59,747 nt of DNA from Paludibacter sp. UBA5753 (GCA_002427615.1 DIFH01000149.1:7836-67582), one strand, 5' to 3'. Shown: positions 19,460 to 29,522, counted from the first letter of the stretch. Notes: a model not told the origin generated them from the letters alone. Program-made: numbers and translations.

Positions 19460-20500
19460 ATGTCTACACCTACATACAACATTGATATTGACAGCTACAT
19501 AGGCAATTGGGGCTATTCTCAGAAATATGTACGTAGCAAATTGAATGAGTTGAAAAATAAACCGGTTTTCATTCGTTCCAATTCGCTTGGCGGGAGCGTG
19601 AACGATGGGCTTGGCATTTATCAGGCTATTGGAGAACATGGCGATGTACAAGTTGACCTGTATGGATTCAACGCTTCCACGGCAACTTGGATGAACGTCA
19701 AGGCAAAGAAAGTGCGCATTGCTTCCAATGGATTTTATCTGATTCATAAATCTATGAATACAGTTGACATTTACAAAACAATGAATGCCGACGAGCTCGC
19801 AACTCTCATTGAAGAGCTGAAAGTAAACCTTGATGAAAACAACAAGGTCGATGAGGTCATAGCACAAATGTATGTAGCCAAAACCGGCAAATCCATGACC
19901 GAAATTCTCGACTTGATGAAAATTGGCGGCTGGATGAATGCTACCGAAGCACTTAGTTGGGGATTTGTCGATGAAATTATTCCAACCATTGAAAAAATAA
20001 ATATGGTCGGATTAAAAGACAAGTTCAATGCCCTTGGAATCCCTACCAACCGAATTAATTCTGAAGACTTATTCACTCAAAAAACAAATATTAAAATGAA
20101 AAAACAACCCATTAAAATTAATGCGGTTCTCAACGTGCCATCACTTGAGAGCGCCGATGGTGGCGTATTCTTGAATGAAACACAAATTGAATCGATCGAA
20201 ACAAAATTAGCGTCGCAAGAAGCTGAAATTGAAACCGAAAAAGCCAATGTGGTAACTGAAAAAGATTTGGTTACAGCAGCCGAAACCCGCGCTAATAACG
20301 CAGAAGGAACTGTGGCAACACAGGCTATTAAAATCACCGAGTTGGAAGCTCAAGTAGAAAACCTGAAAAAAGGAGCTGGAGCAACTGACAAAAAAGTCAA
20401 AAAAGAAACCGACGAAAGTGGTGAAGGTGGAGACAAGGAAGATGCTTTTTTGAACACCATTGAAAGTGCTCGTAAATTGTACGATCAACTTCCTGAGTAG
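19460..20500 (+). CDS. ClpP-type prohead protease with C-terminal scaffold-like coiled coil
   Basis: NSLGGSVNDGLGIY, NASTAT, YLIH, WMNATEALSWGFVDEI; followed by the capsid gene. Confidence 0.85.
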   Translation: MSTPTYNIDIDSYIGNWGYSQKYVRSKLNELKNKPVFIRSNSLGGSVNDGLGIYQAIGEHGDVQVDLYGFNASTATWMNVKAKKVRIASNGFYLIHKSMNTVDIYKTMNADELATLIEELKVNLDENNKVDEVIAQMYVAKTGKSMTEILDLMKIGGWMNATEALSWGFVDEIIPTIEKINMVGLKDKFNALGIPTNRINSEDLFTQKTNIKMKKQPIKINAVLNVPSLESADGGVFLNETQIESIETKLASQEAEIETEKANVVTEKDLVTAAETRANNAEGTVATQAIKITELEAQVENLKKGAGATDKKVKKETDESGEGGDKEDAFLNTIESARKLYDQLPE

Positions 20501-20537
20501 AAAGAAAATTATTCACTTTTAAAATAAATTTACTGCA

Positions 20538-21494
20538 ATGGTAGAAATAACCCCCGAAGCCTTAGCGCTTAGTGCTGCGAAATTTCGCAAAGATTTATTG
20601 ATGATGCCAGTGATTGCCTTGCAAAGCTCATTGGTTCACATGTCGCTCCGTATTGGCATACGTGGCAAAGAAACGGTAGGTCAATTGGATGGTAACATTG
20701 AAATTGGTCCTTATGATCCTGCAAGAGTTGACACGAATGGTGTAACTATTAAAGGTCGTAGTCTGGAAACTTTCTTTGGTTCGGTAATCAAAGAGTTTGA
20801 ACCAAACTCGGTCGCAAAATCCATTTATGGAGATGCTGTACTTTCAGGTCAAGGCTTGACAACTACAGCCATTACACAATTGGTATTGGCGTTTTTGGCT
20901 AAGAAAATATCTCAGGGCATTAATAAAGTGCTTTGGTCTGCTGTTCGTGACGATGCCGGTACCACAACTGCAACTTTGTTCAACGGATTTGACACGATCA
21001 CAGCTGCTGATATTACTGCCGGTAATATTTCGGTTGCCAAAGGAAACTTGTATGAGTTTACAGCTGCAATTACTGTGAACAATGCTGTCGATCAGTTGAA
21101 AGCAATTGACGAAAATTCTTCTGACGAACTACAAGGCGAACCTCGCAAGATGTTTCTTTCGAAAACGATCAAACGTATGTACGAAAAATGCTATCAGTCA
21201 GAAAATGGAGCACTTCCTTACAACAAAGAATTCAAAAAAACATTTTTGGAAGGTACCGATGATCTTTGCGAACTGGTTGCACTGCCAAACAAAAAGGATT
21301 CGCCATATATTCACCTGACAACCAAGGGTAACATGTTGGTTGGAGTTGATCAACAAGGTAACGAAGAAAAAATAACTGTTGAAAAACATGCTGCTTTTGT
21401 TCTTCAGTTCATTATGGCCATGTTCTTTGGTGTTCAATTTGAAACTGTAAGCCCTGAAAGGTTGATGGTTGCTAAATTATATGTAGCTCCTTGA
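20538..21494 (+). CDS. Major capsid protein
   Basis: 318 aa directly after the protease; LFNGFDTI, MFFGVQFE; typical size and position. Confidence 0.75.
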   Translation: MVEITPEALALSAAKFRKDLLMMPVIALQSSLVHMSLRIGIRGKETVGQLDGNIEIGPYDPARVDTNGVTIKGRSLETFFGSVIKEFEPNSVAKSIYGDAVLSGQGLTTTAITQLVLAFLAKKISQGINKVLWSAVRDDAGTTTATLFNGFDTITAADITAGNISVAKGNLYEFTAAITVNNAVDQLKAIDENSSDELQGEPRKMFLSKTIKRMYEKCYQSENGALPYNKEFKKTFLEGTDDLCELVALPNKKDSPYIHLTTKGNMLVGVDQQGNEEKITVEKHAAFVLQFIMAMFFGVQFETVSPERLMVAKLYVAP

Positions 21495-21542
21495 TAGGGG
21501 CTACAAAATTTATTCACTCTAAAAATATAGGAGAAATACATT

Positions 21543-22103
21543 ATGAGTATCAAATATAAAGCCCTTGATTGGGCTGTTGGAACTACAAATCTTCCTGGTA
21601 TCAAAGAAGATGTTTACGCTATCGCTAAACGTGATATCGTAGCATGGCCTACACTTCCGGCAACCTTTGTAACGAACATGGGTGAACTGGTCACTTATGT
21701 CGGCAGTTTTACATTGGCTGCATTGGCCAACTGGCAACGGGTAGGTATTATCGTTGACAAATCACCGGTTGATGGAAAGAGCCAAGGTGTTCGCCCCAGT
21801 AAAACGTTCTTGAATCAGGTAGTGTTACAGCACCCAGGAGTGGAAGAAGATGCATCCGGTTTCTGTATGCAAGCCAATAACGACGATTTAGTTTATTTGG
21901 TGCAAACCAAAAAAGGTAAATGGCGCGTTATCGGTAATGACATGTATCAAACCGATACGGTTATCGAACAAAAACTTGGTGGAGCTGCTACCGACGAAAT
22001 GGGAACTACCATCACAGTTACCGTTACCGACCTTGCACCTGGTCTATTTTACACAGGTGAGATTATTACCGAAGATGGTGTTATCAATCCGATTATACCC
22101 TAA
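21543..22103 (+). CDS. Probable major tail tube protein
   Basis: 186 aa, beta-rich (NLPGI, SQG...KTF, NDDLVYLV..KGKWRVIG); followed by a terminator. Confidence 0.55.
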   Translation: MSIKYKALDWAVGTTNLPGIKEDVYAIAKRDIVAWPTLPATFVTNMGELVTYVGSFTLAALANWQRVGIIVDKSPVDGKSQGVRPSKTFLNQVVLQHPGVEEDASGFCMQANNDDLVYLVQTKKGKWRVIGNDMYQTDTVIEQKLGGAATDEMGTTITVTVTDLAPGLFYTGEIITEDGVINPIIP

Positions 22104-22271
22104 TCGCTAACCACAGACAATTCCTCACACCCTCGTAATTCACTTTGCGAGGGTGTTTTGTTTCAGCGTATTGGAGTTTCAACTCTGACTCGGGTCTGTC
22201 TTTTTCTATGTAATTACCCGTAATTACTTTCGTAATGCTTAAAATAAATAACCCCATAACATTTAAAAAAA

Positions 22272-23069
22272 ATGGATAATGAAAAGACTTATGTAGACAA
22301 AGTGAACGATTGGCTAAATGCTGATCCCTCAACTCGCAGCATCGAAGAAGGTGCAACATTGATGCTTCAGGGTAATCGAAATCGAATTTTACACAAAAAC
22401 GTACTTCAAAAAAAGAATTTTGAGAAAGTGGAGTACGAACTCGAAAAAATCATTGCCGGACAAAGGCAACATGTTGCTGTAGAACCTGTAAACAACGAAA
22501 TTCAGAAACTGGAAAATAATCTTCCAAAAACAATGGAAATTATTGAAAGCAAATTAGCCTTGGAAAACAAAGGCAAACGTCCCGATCATGACAAGCTGCC
22601 GGTTGCCATCCAATCGTCCTTCGACAAGAACCTCGAAATCTATCCACGCATGCGCTCCATTCAGGAACGCTTGAAAGTGCTGAACGTAACCGGAACGGCT
22701 TCCGATAGACTTCCTTTTCTTACTGAATTATTCGCACTTGATGCTGAGTTACGTGAGAACTGGGATAACTACGACAAATTCGATGCAAATGCACCGGTGA
22801 TTGAAAAAGTTGAAAATGTGCCAGGTAACTTGAGCGGAAAACAAGTTTCTGCAGCTCGTAAATATCTGAGCGATAACAAAGCTAAACTGACCTCTTTAAT
22901 TGCCGACGGTAAGGCTGAAAAAGCTGCTGAGCTATTGGATAAAATGCAGGTTCGTTTCAATGAATTAGTATTGAATGGTGACACTTTTGCACCTGATCAA
23001 TTGGCAGAACTAAAAACCCTGGGACTAATCAACAAAACAGTTGATCAAGAAATAAACTCAGTTGAGTAA
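22272..23069 (+). CDS. Phage hypothetical protein (packaging module)
   Basis: GKRPDHDKLP, LRENWDNYD; preceded by a late-promoter motif. Confidence 0.6.
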   Translation: MDNEKTYVDKVNDWLNADPSTRSIEEGATLMLQGNRNRILHKNVLQKKNFEKVEYELEKIIAGQRQHVAVEPVNNEIQKLENNLPKTMEIIESKLALENKGKRPDHDKLPVAIQSSFDKNLEIYPRMRSIQERLKVLNVTGTASDRLPFLTELFALDAELRENWDNYDKFDANAPVIEKVENVPGNLSGKQVSAARKYLSDNKAKLTSLIADGKAEKAAELLDKMQVRFNELVLNGDTFAPDQLAELKTLGLINKTVDQEINSVE

Positions 23070-23535
23070 AGTTGATCAAATATTGAAACCTATAGGCCCC
23101 GATTATGTCGGGGCTTATTTAAATACCGGTATTCAACTATACGACTTGATTGAATGGACTTTGCAGCAAATTGGAAAATCCGATATCACCATTATGACAT
23201 TCAGCATTTCCGAAGAATTTATCCGAAAAATATGGATGCTCAGGGAGATGGGGTTAATCGGCAATGTAACCCTGATACTCGACTTTAAAGCGATACAGAA
23301 AACACAGAAGCTGCTTCGATTTACTCAGAATGTTTTTAGCGATATCCATTTTTCAAAAACGCACGCAAAGGTAGTTTTGATTCAATCTTCCAGTTACCAG
23401 GTATCAATTACAGGTAGTCAAAATTGCACCCGTGGAAATCGCGAAGAAAGCGGAATCGTTACAACTGATCCAGAAATAAATAAAAAATTATATACTGAAA
23501 TACAACGCATTATAGAAAATGGAATACAGCGATGA
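23062..23535 (+). CDS. Phospholipase D-family nuclease-like protein
   Basis: HAKVVLI...SITGSQNCT.GNREE (HxK...GSxN). Confidence 0.75.
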   Translation: MSKVDQILKPIGPDYVGAYLNTGIQLYDLIEWTLQQIGKSDITIMTFSISEEFIRKIWMLREMGLIGNVTLILDFKAIQKTQKLLRFTQNVFSDIHFSKTHAKVVLIQSSSYQVSITGSQNCTRGNREESGIVTTDPEINKKLYTEIQRIIENGIQR

Positions 23536-23794
23536 ACAACTACAAAAAATACGTGAATTTGCAGGACTATTAATGACAATAACCGATATCGCTGTGCTTA
23601 TGGATATTGATGAAGATGAATTGCGTAGTGATATCGCTTCCAAATCAACCAAAGCCTCCAGAGCTTACCGCTTGAGTAAAACAGAAACAATACTGGAGCT
23701 TCACCGGCAGGAAATTGAATTTGCAAAACTGGGATCACCTTTATCGGTAGAACTCACACAAACTTATATCATTAATCAACAGGTCAATGAGTAA
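23519..23794 (+). CDS. Small HTH-like packaging protein
   Basis: TITDIAVLMDIDEDEL; lies upstream of terminase. Confidence 0.5.
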   Translation: MEYSDEQLQKIREFAGLLMTITDIAVLMDIDEDELRSDIASKSTKASRAYRLSKTETILELHRQEIEFAKLGSPLSVELTQTYIINQQVNE

Positions 23795-24377
23795 AGAACA
23801 AACATACGAAATTTGTGTACAGCATTTGTACGATGATGCTGATAAACTGGCACACCTGGCACCACAAGTTCGTAACCGGTTGCTTCGTATTAGGTCTGCC
23901 TATACGCTAATGCAGGAATATCCAAGTAAAGCTGATCGGGAAATTATTCAACACATAATGACTAACAGCGGAGTTGAAAGATCGGCCGCTTACGAGGATT
24001 TACGGATCATCAAAGATTTGTTGGGTTCTATGAACCGGCAATCAAAGGACTGGCACCGCTTCAAGTTCAATAATCAGATTCAAAAAGCTTACAACATGGC
24101 TGAATTGAAAAACGACCCGGACTCCATGGTTAAAGCAATGGCCACTTATGCTAAATTCAACCAGCTCGACAAAGAAGATGCCGAACGCATTCCATGGGAT
24201 GAAATCATACCTCAGTTATTTGAGCCTACAGAAGACCCAACGGTTTTAGGTATTAAGCCAATTCCAAATATACGTGAGAAAATTGCATCCATGAAAAAGA
24301 AATACATGGATCAGATAGAAGATGTAACTTATGATGAAATAGACATTTCGCAATTAGAAAAATATGCCGAAAAATAA
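23787..24377 (+). CDS. Putative terminase small subunit
   Basis: Helical, HTH-like SGVERSAAYEDL; overlaps the terL start. Confidence 0.5.
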   Translation: MSKEQTYEICVQHLYDDADKLAHLAPQVRNRLLRIRSAYTLMQEYPSKADREIIQHIMTNSGVERSAAYEDLRIIKDLLGSMNRQSKDWHRFKFNNQIQKAYNMAELKNDPDSMVKAMATYAKFNQLDKEDAERIPWDEIIPQLFEPTEDPTVLGIKPIPNIREKIASMKKKYMDQIEDVTYDEIDISQLEKYAEK

Positions 24378-26031
24378 CGAAAAACAAAAAGTATATTTTA
24401 ATGCCGCACAGCAGCAAGTAATGTTTCGAGGGTGCAATACTGTCGTTGTGGTTGGCGGACGTCGGCTCGGCAAATCGCATGGTATTGTAGCGCCTTTCCT
24501 TCTTCGTAATATACAACGAATGGCCGGTGGAAAACATGGAATTATTGCCAGTACATTCCAACAGGCTCTTACAAGAACTCTTCCTGGAACATTGGAAGCA
24601 TTCGACAGCTGGGGGTTTAAACGAAACGTTCACTACGTTATTGGCCGAAAACCTGAGAAATGTTTACATTTTGAGAAACCTAAAACAGAGCCGGCAAGTT
24701 ATGATAATACGATCAGTTATTATAATGGATCTATATCTCCCATCATTTCACAGGATGTTATTGGTTCGTCCAATTCTCAGACTTTTGACTCTGTTATTTG
24801 CGATGAGGCTAAATTTTTGAACTTCGTAAAATTAAATGAGGAAACTTTTCCTGCTAATGGGGGTACGACAGCTCATTTCGGACATTTACCCTATCACCAC
24901 AGCATGCTAATCGTATCCGACATGCCAACTACCAAAAAAGGGAGTTGGTTCCTTAATTACGAATCTAAATGCGATCCGGAACTTATCGAACAAATTGATG
25001 GCATTATCTATGAAAAGTGGAGAATACTCAATAAACTAAAAGAACTTCAGGCCAAAGGCATTCAGCCAAAAGCGTACTTATTTGATTATTACCGTACATT
25101 GTGCCGTGATTTAGCTCAATTTCAGCGTATTGCAGTCGATTATAATGTATTTAGTTCAATAGAAAACATTCAGGTATTGGGCGAAAACTACATTAAGCAA
25201 ATGAAACGCGATCTTCCGCCCCTGGTATTTCAAACGTCAATTCTTTGTAAACGGGTAGGACTTTTGAAAGATGGGTTCTACAACTGTTTGAAAGAAGCTG
25301 ATCATTACTACACGGCATTCGATAATTCATACCTTCAGAACCTGGACTATGACTTTGATAAGGCTAAGAACATGACGTGTCTTCAGGATGGTGATGTTGA
25401 TAAGAATGCACCTATCTGTATCTCGTTTGATTATAATGGAAATATCAATTGGTTGGTAGCCGGACAACGCTCAGGTATCAGGATGAAGACATTGAAATCA
25501 TTCTTCGTGAAGTACAACCGTAAGTTAGTAGAGTTAGTCAATGACTTCTGTAAGTACTATGCACCTCACAAGTGTCATGAGGTTATCTACTACTATGACT
25601 CAACAGCACTTAACAGTAACTATGCAGTTAATGACAAAGATTTTGCTACTGTTATAATTGATACATTCAAGGCAAACAAGTGGACTGTCAAAGGCGTGTA
25701 CATTGGTAAACCTATCGGTCACATGGAGAAACATAACCTGATCAATATGGCACTCAAAGGTCAGAGCTTCGAGGGTAAGCAACTATTGTTCCCAATGATT
25801 AATAAGAATAACAATGAGGCGTTGATTCTGGCCATGGAACAAACAGGAATCTATCAAGGTTCTGATGGATTTAAGAAGGATAAGAGAGGGGAAAAGTTGG
25901 CAGAGAGTGACGAAGACTTACTGCAGAACCGAACTGATGGTACCGATGCCTGGGACACGTTATGGATTGGGATGAATAACTTCCCTGCCGAACACTCATT
26001 CAATGGTGGGCTTATCAGTTCATTTGTGTAA
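24364..26031 (+). CDS. terL: Terminase large subunit
   Basis: Walker A GGRRLGKS, Walker B VICDEA, RNase-H-like ISFDYN and TDGTDAWD. Confidence 0.85.
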   Translation: MPKNNEKQKVYFNAAQQQVMFRGCNTVVVVGGRRLGKSHGIVAPFLLRNIQRMAGGKHGIIASTFQQALTRTLPGTLEAFDSWGFKRNVHYVIGRKPEKCLHFEKPKTEPASYDNTISYYNGSISPIISQDVIGSSNSQTFDSVICDEAKFLNFVKLNEETFPANGGTTAHFGHLPYHHSMLIVSDMPTTKKGSWFLNYESKCDPELIEQIDGIIYEKWRILNKLKELQAKGIQPKAYLFDYYRTLCRDLAQFQRIAVDYNVFSSIENIQVLGENYIKQMKRDLPPLVFQTSILCKRVGLLKDGFYNCLKEADHYYTAFDNSYLQNLDYDFDKAKNMTCLQDGDVDKNAPICISFDYNGNINWLVAGQRSGIRMKTLKSFFVKYNRKLVELVNDFCKYYAPHKCHEVIYYYDSTALNSNYAVNDKDFATVIIDTFKANKWTVKGVYIGKPIGHMEKHNLINMALKGQSFEGKQLLFPMINKNNNEALILAMEQTGIYQGSDGFKKDKRGEKLAESDEDLLQNRTDGTDAWDTLWIGMNNFPAEHSFNGGLISSFV

Positions 26032-26053
26032 TTACCTGTCCTTATTTATGTAG

Positions 26054-26082
26054 ACCACTGGCGTAATGTTAGTGGTTTTTTT
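26054..26082 (+). terminator. Intrinsic terminator after terL
   Basis: ACCACTGGCG-TAA-TGTTAGTGGT followed by a T tract. Confidence 0.7.
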
Positions 26083-26626
26083 ATGCAATGTAATCCCAAA
26101 ATCAATCGCTTTGCTCATCCATTTTGTAGGGATTTGATAGGTCATTACCGATATAATTTTGCGAATACCAAAATTTTAACCGTAATGTGCGTATTACCGC
26201 CCATTTTTGTTAAATATACCCCAATATATTAATATAGGTTAGCATATAAGGCGTTTTTTGAGGTCGGTAATTACAAGTCAGCGAGAGGGCGGGGCGGGGT
26301 CAATTGTCTGTATTAAACCTTAAAAAAAGGTTTGCGAAGTGAGTTTTTATTGATTTACAGCCATATATAAATGTGAAAGGCGGAAAACACCCACAAATCG
26401 TCAACAAAAGAGGCTGAAAATGATTGGTAATTTTATGCGGATAAAGCATTTATCTATGATTCCGATTTTTGAAAATTAAATAGTGCTAAAATCATATTTT
26501 AAAATCCGAAAAATGTATTTTATAAATTGTTTTTTCTTTTATATTTTTCTTATATTACACATTATCATTATGTTATATGTAATATTAATAAAAAGATATA
26601 ATAATGGCAAAAAAATATGTTTTTAG

Positions 26627-27053
26627 CTTACTACCTTACTACCTTACTATTTATTTTTATATTTATTTGAAATACAATTATTTAAATAGTAGTAACCATA
26701 TTAAAAAATAGTTATTTAAATAGTTACTACTCGTTACTATTAAAAATTGCTTACTACCTTATTTTGTGTCGTATTTATTTGATATATAGTTTAATATAGT
26801 TTTATAGTAGGTAGTAGGCAAGTTGCATAAATATTTTTTTTTGTAAATGCGTTTTTTTTGGTTTATTTGTTTGTATTTCAATGTCTTACTATTAATGAAA
26901 TTTAACTTTATCGTCGTATTGATTTTTATTTTAGCTCTATAAATTCAGTGCATTTCATTGTTTTTTGTTTTTTTGACCTTTGAAATCAAAAAGTTTTTTT
27001 CGTTTCAATTGGAGAATATAATCAGCATTATTTAAGATGTTTACTTACTACCT
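26627..27053. repeat. Cluster of ~10 (C/G)TTACTA(C/T) iteron-like repeats in both orientations
   Basis: 26627-26650 (x3), 26687-95 (inverted), 26723-40 (x2), 26750-60, 26805-18 (inverted x2), 26885, 27044. Confidence 0.7.
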
Positions 27054-27095
27054 CCCTATTTAATAGTTTAATGCACTGATATTCAATAATATAAA

Positions 27096-27127
27096 TTTGT
27101 GTATGTCGCTAAATTGTAGTAATTTAG
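27096..27127 (+). promoter_or_regulatory. Bacteroidetes housekeeping-type promoter for the accessory operon
   Basis: TTTG-N20-TAATTTAG (consensus TTTG-N19-21-TAnnTTTG). Confidence 0.55.
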
Positions 27128-27192
27128 CAGAGCGAAAGGGAGAAAGGACAATTTCACCCCGCATATTATTAACAATTAATTTTTAAAGCAAA

Positions 27193-27648
27193 ATGAAAAA
27201 TGATTCAACAGCACGCAAAGTGCAAAAAGTCATCCCAATGATGACAATCGCAGAACCAACAGCGAAAGAAAAAACCGCTAAAGTGATTAACATTAAATCT
27301 TCGGAAGAAGATGTAAAGAGTGAACCCATCGCGGAGGAAGTAAAGCCAGAACCAACGGCAGCCATTACAGAAAAACCTGTAAAAAGTATTGAGGACATTA
27401 AAAGGAAAAGCGAAGTTTTGAGCCGTTTAGCGGTCAAATGGGACGCTTTGAACGAAAAGCGTAAACGAGTGGAAAACTTTGCAATTTCGCATGATGGAGA
27501 TACGGCAGCCGTCCGAGTTTTTGATGCAAGCGGAGAAGTTTTTGAGAGTAACAGCCCCAAAACAATTGGTAAGTTAATTGAATTTTGGAAGGAAGAATTT
27601 TCTGATACTTTGGAAAAGGTAGAAAAGGAAATGCGGGAAATAGCCTAA
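27193..27648 (+). CDS. Phage hypothetical protein
   Basis: 151 aa ORF behind a promoter-like motif. Confidence 0.65.
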   Translation: MKNDSTARKVQKVIPMMTIAEPTAKEKTAKVINIKSSEEDVKSEPIAEEVKPEPTAAITEKPVKSIEDIKRKSEVLSRLAVKWDALNEKRKRVENFAISHDGDTAAVRVFDASGEVFESNSPKTIGKLIEFWKEEFSDTLEKVEKEMREIA

Positions 27649-27730
27649 AATAAAAACTCCCTCGTTGGGGACAACCATCGAGGGAGTAAAACAATTGCGA
27701 ACAATTAATTTTTTAAAGCGACACAAAAGT

Positions 27731-28063
27731 ATGAATAATACATCGAATATCCAAGCAAAGCGCAGGGAATTAAAACTAATATCCAAGCCGCTAACCGAAT
27801 TAAAAACCAACGGCGACATCAAAACCATAAACGAGGGATTAAAAGCTATTTACGGAAAACAAGGACATCAAGAGTTTAAGACTTTCGAGCAATGGGAACG
27901 GTTAGGAATGCGAGTCAAGCGAGGGCAAAAAGCATTTTATTTGTGGGGAAGTCAAACCACGAAAACCATCATTGAGAACGGACAAAAAAAAGAAATAAAA
28001 TTCTTTCCGTTAGTTGCTCTCTTTTCTGATTTACAAGTGTATAACTCTTATAACAATAAATAA
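27731..28063 (+). CDS. ArdC N-terminal-like ssDNA-binding / antirestriction protein
   Basis: FKTFEQWERLGMRVKRGQKAFYLWG...FFPLVALFSDLQV. Confidence 0.7.
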   Translation: MNNTSNIQAKRRELKLISKPLTELKTNGDIKTINEGLKAIYGKQGHQEFKTFEQWERLGMRVKRGQKAFYLWGSQTTKTIIENGQKKEIKFFPLVALFSDLQVYNSYNNK

Positions 28064-28065
28064 CC

Positions 28066-28938
28066 ATGAATACAATATTTGATTTTCAAAAAAATAATAT
28101 CGAAGTTTTAGACCTTGAAACATTGCGCAAAACGCATAAGGAAAATGATATTTACGGAAATCCATTAAGGGGCGTTTATCATTACCAAGTCATTAACCGT
28201 ATAGCGGATATTTGCCGAAACAGTGGTTTAGATTATACCATTGAAGAAATTTTTGCAGCAAAAAATAACAGCCGACAAAACCCGGGTGTTGTAGTTCTTC
28301 CACAGGTGGAAGCAATCCACGGCACAAATTCAGTTGAAGCGCACATCCTGAGGCGAGTTTATACAACTATCAGGATAAACGACCGAGAAACACCCGAAAT
28401 GACATCGAACATCGTCATCGCCTATCATCAGGAAGGCATCCAGCTTGCCTTTGGTCCGTGTGTGAAGATTTGCCACAACCAGTGTATTTTAAACAAGGAG
28501 CGCATAGCATCGAACTACGGAGCTGACAAGGTTACGGATGAACAGCTTTTTGAAAGTGTGGAAAATTGGATGTCTAACTTTTTTGAATACAGAGAAACCG
28601 ATTTGCGTATTCTTCAGCAAATGAAAGAAGTCAATTGTACACAAAATGACGTTTACCAGCTTATTGGATTGCTTACATCGTTACGAGTGGCGCACGACTG
28701 CGATAATTCAACATTGAGAAATGAGGTTAAAACCTACCCATTGACACAAAGCCAAATTTCCCAGTTTACACAAGATTATTTGGAAAAAGCCCAGGAAACA
28801 AGTACTTTTAGTTTGTGGGATATTTACAATATTGCGACCGAATTATATAAGCCAGGGAAAACCGACATCCCGAACCTTATTACGCAAAACTTCGCTCTAA
28901 TGGAAGTATTAACCGACCGATATAGTTTGCAGATTTAG
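28066..28938 (+). CDS. DUF932-like mobile-element protein
   Basis: GIQLAFGPCVKICHNQCI and SLWDIYNIATE motifs. Confidence 0.6.
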   Translation: MNTIFDFQKNNIEVLDLETLRKTHKENDIYGNPLRGVYHYQVINRIADICRNSGLDYTIEEIFAAKNNSRQNPGVVVLPQVEAIHGTNSVEAHILRRVYTTIRINDRETPEMTSNIVIAYHQEGIQLAFGPCVKICHNQCILNKERIASNYGADKVTDEQLFESVENWMSNFFEYRETDLRILQQMKEVNCTQNDVYQLIGLLTSLRVAHDCDNSTLRNEVKTYPLTQSQISQFTQDYLEKAQETSTFSLWDIYNIATELYKPGKTDIPNLITQNFALMEVLTDRYSLQI

Positions 28939-29174
28939 TAAAGAAAGTGCCTGAAACGGGCTTAAAAGTGGCTTCACTACTCTAATTTAGAGCGGTGAAG
29001 CCTTGTTTTTGAACTACTTTTGTCGCGCCAAAAGTAGCAAAAGGCGCACGAAACGCCCAAATAGGGCAGAGTTGAAAATGAAATATTTATAGAATTTAAT
29101 TCCCCTGGTTTTGTTTCGGGGATTTTTGCATAAATATATTTGTTACCTTTGTGGCTCAACTTAATTTAATATTT

Positions 29175-29522
29175 ATGGAAACAAAAATTTGCGTATATGA
29201 AGAAAACGACATCACTTTTCTTTTATCGAAAGATAACGGAAGGATGATTAATGCCACCGAAATGGCAAAGGCATTTGGAAAAGAGGTTGCTCGTTTTATG
29301 GAAAACGACAGTACTAAAAATTCCGTAACAGCATGTTTAAAAACGAGGAATTCCTCGTTTTTAGGTATAGAAAAAGAGGAGGATTTGTTCCAATTTACCA
29401 AAAGTGATGGAACAAAAGCGTTTATTGAATCGTGTTTAAAACCTGCAAATGCAGGTTTATTAGGAGTAAAAACCAGTGAAGATTTAATGAATGATAATTA
29501 TGATTTTTTGGTAACGCTATGA
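29175..29522 (+). pseudogene. KilA-N domain antirepressor-like gene, C-terminally truncated, with a duplicated variable segment
   Basis: MINATEMAKAFGK; two tandem F..x.TK....CLK..N...LG...EEDL segments; the GTW/H-containing second half of KilA-N is missing. Confidence 0.7.

Noticed and set aside
26038-26072. Sixth and seventh late-promoter copies (26038, 41715)
   Set aside because: 26038 has a poorer match and coincides with the terL terminator; 41715 has no -7-like box at +27.
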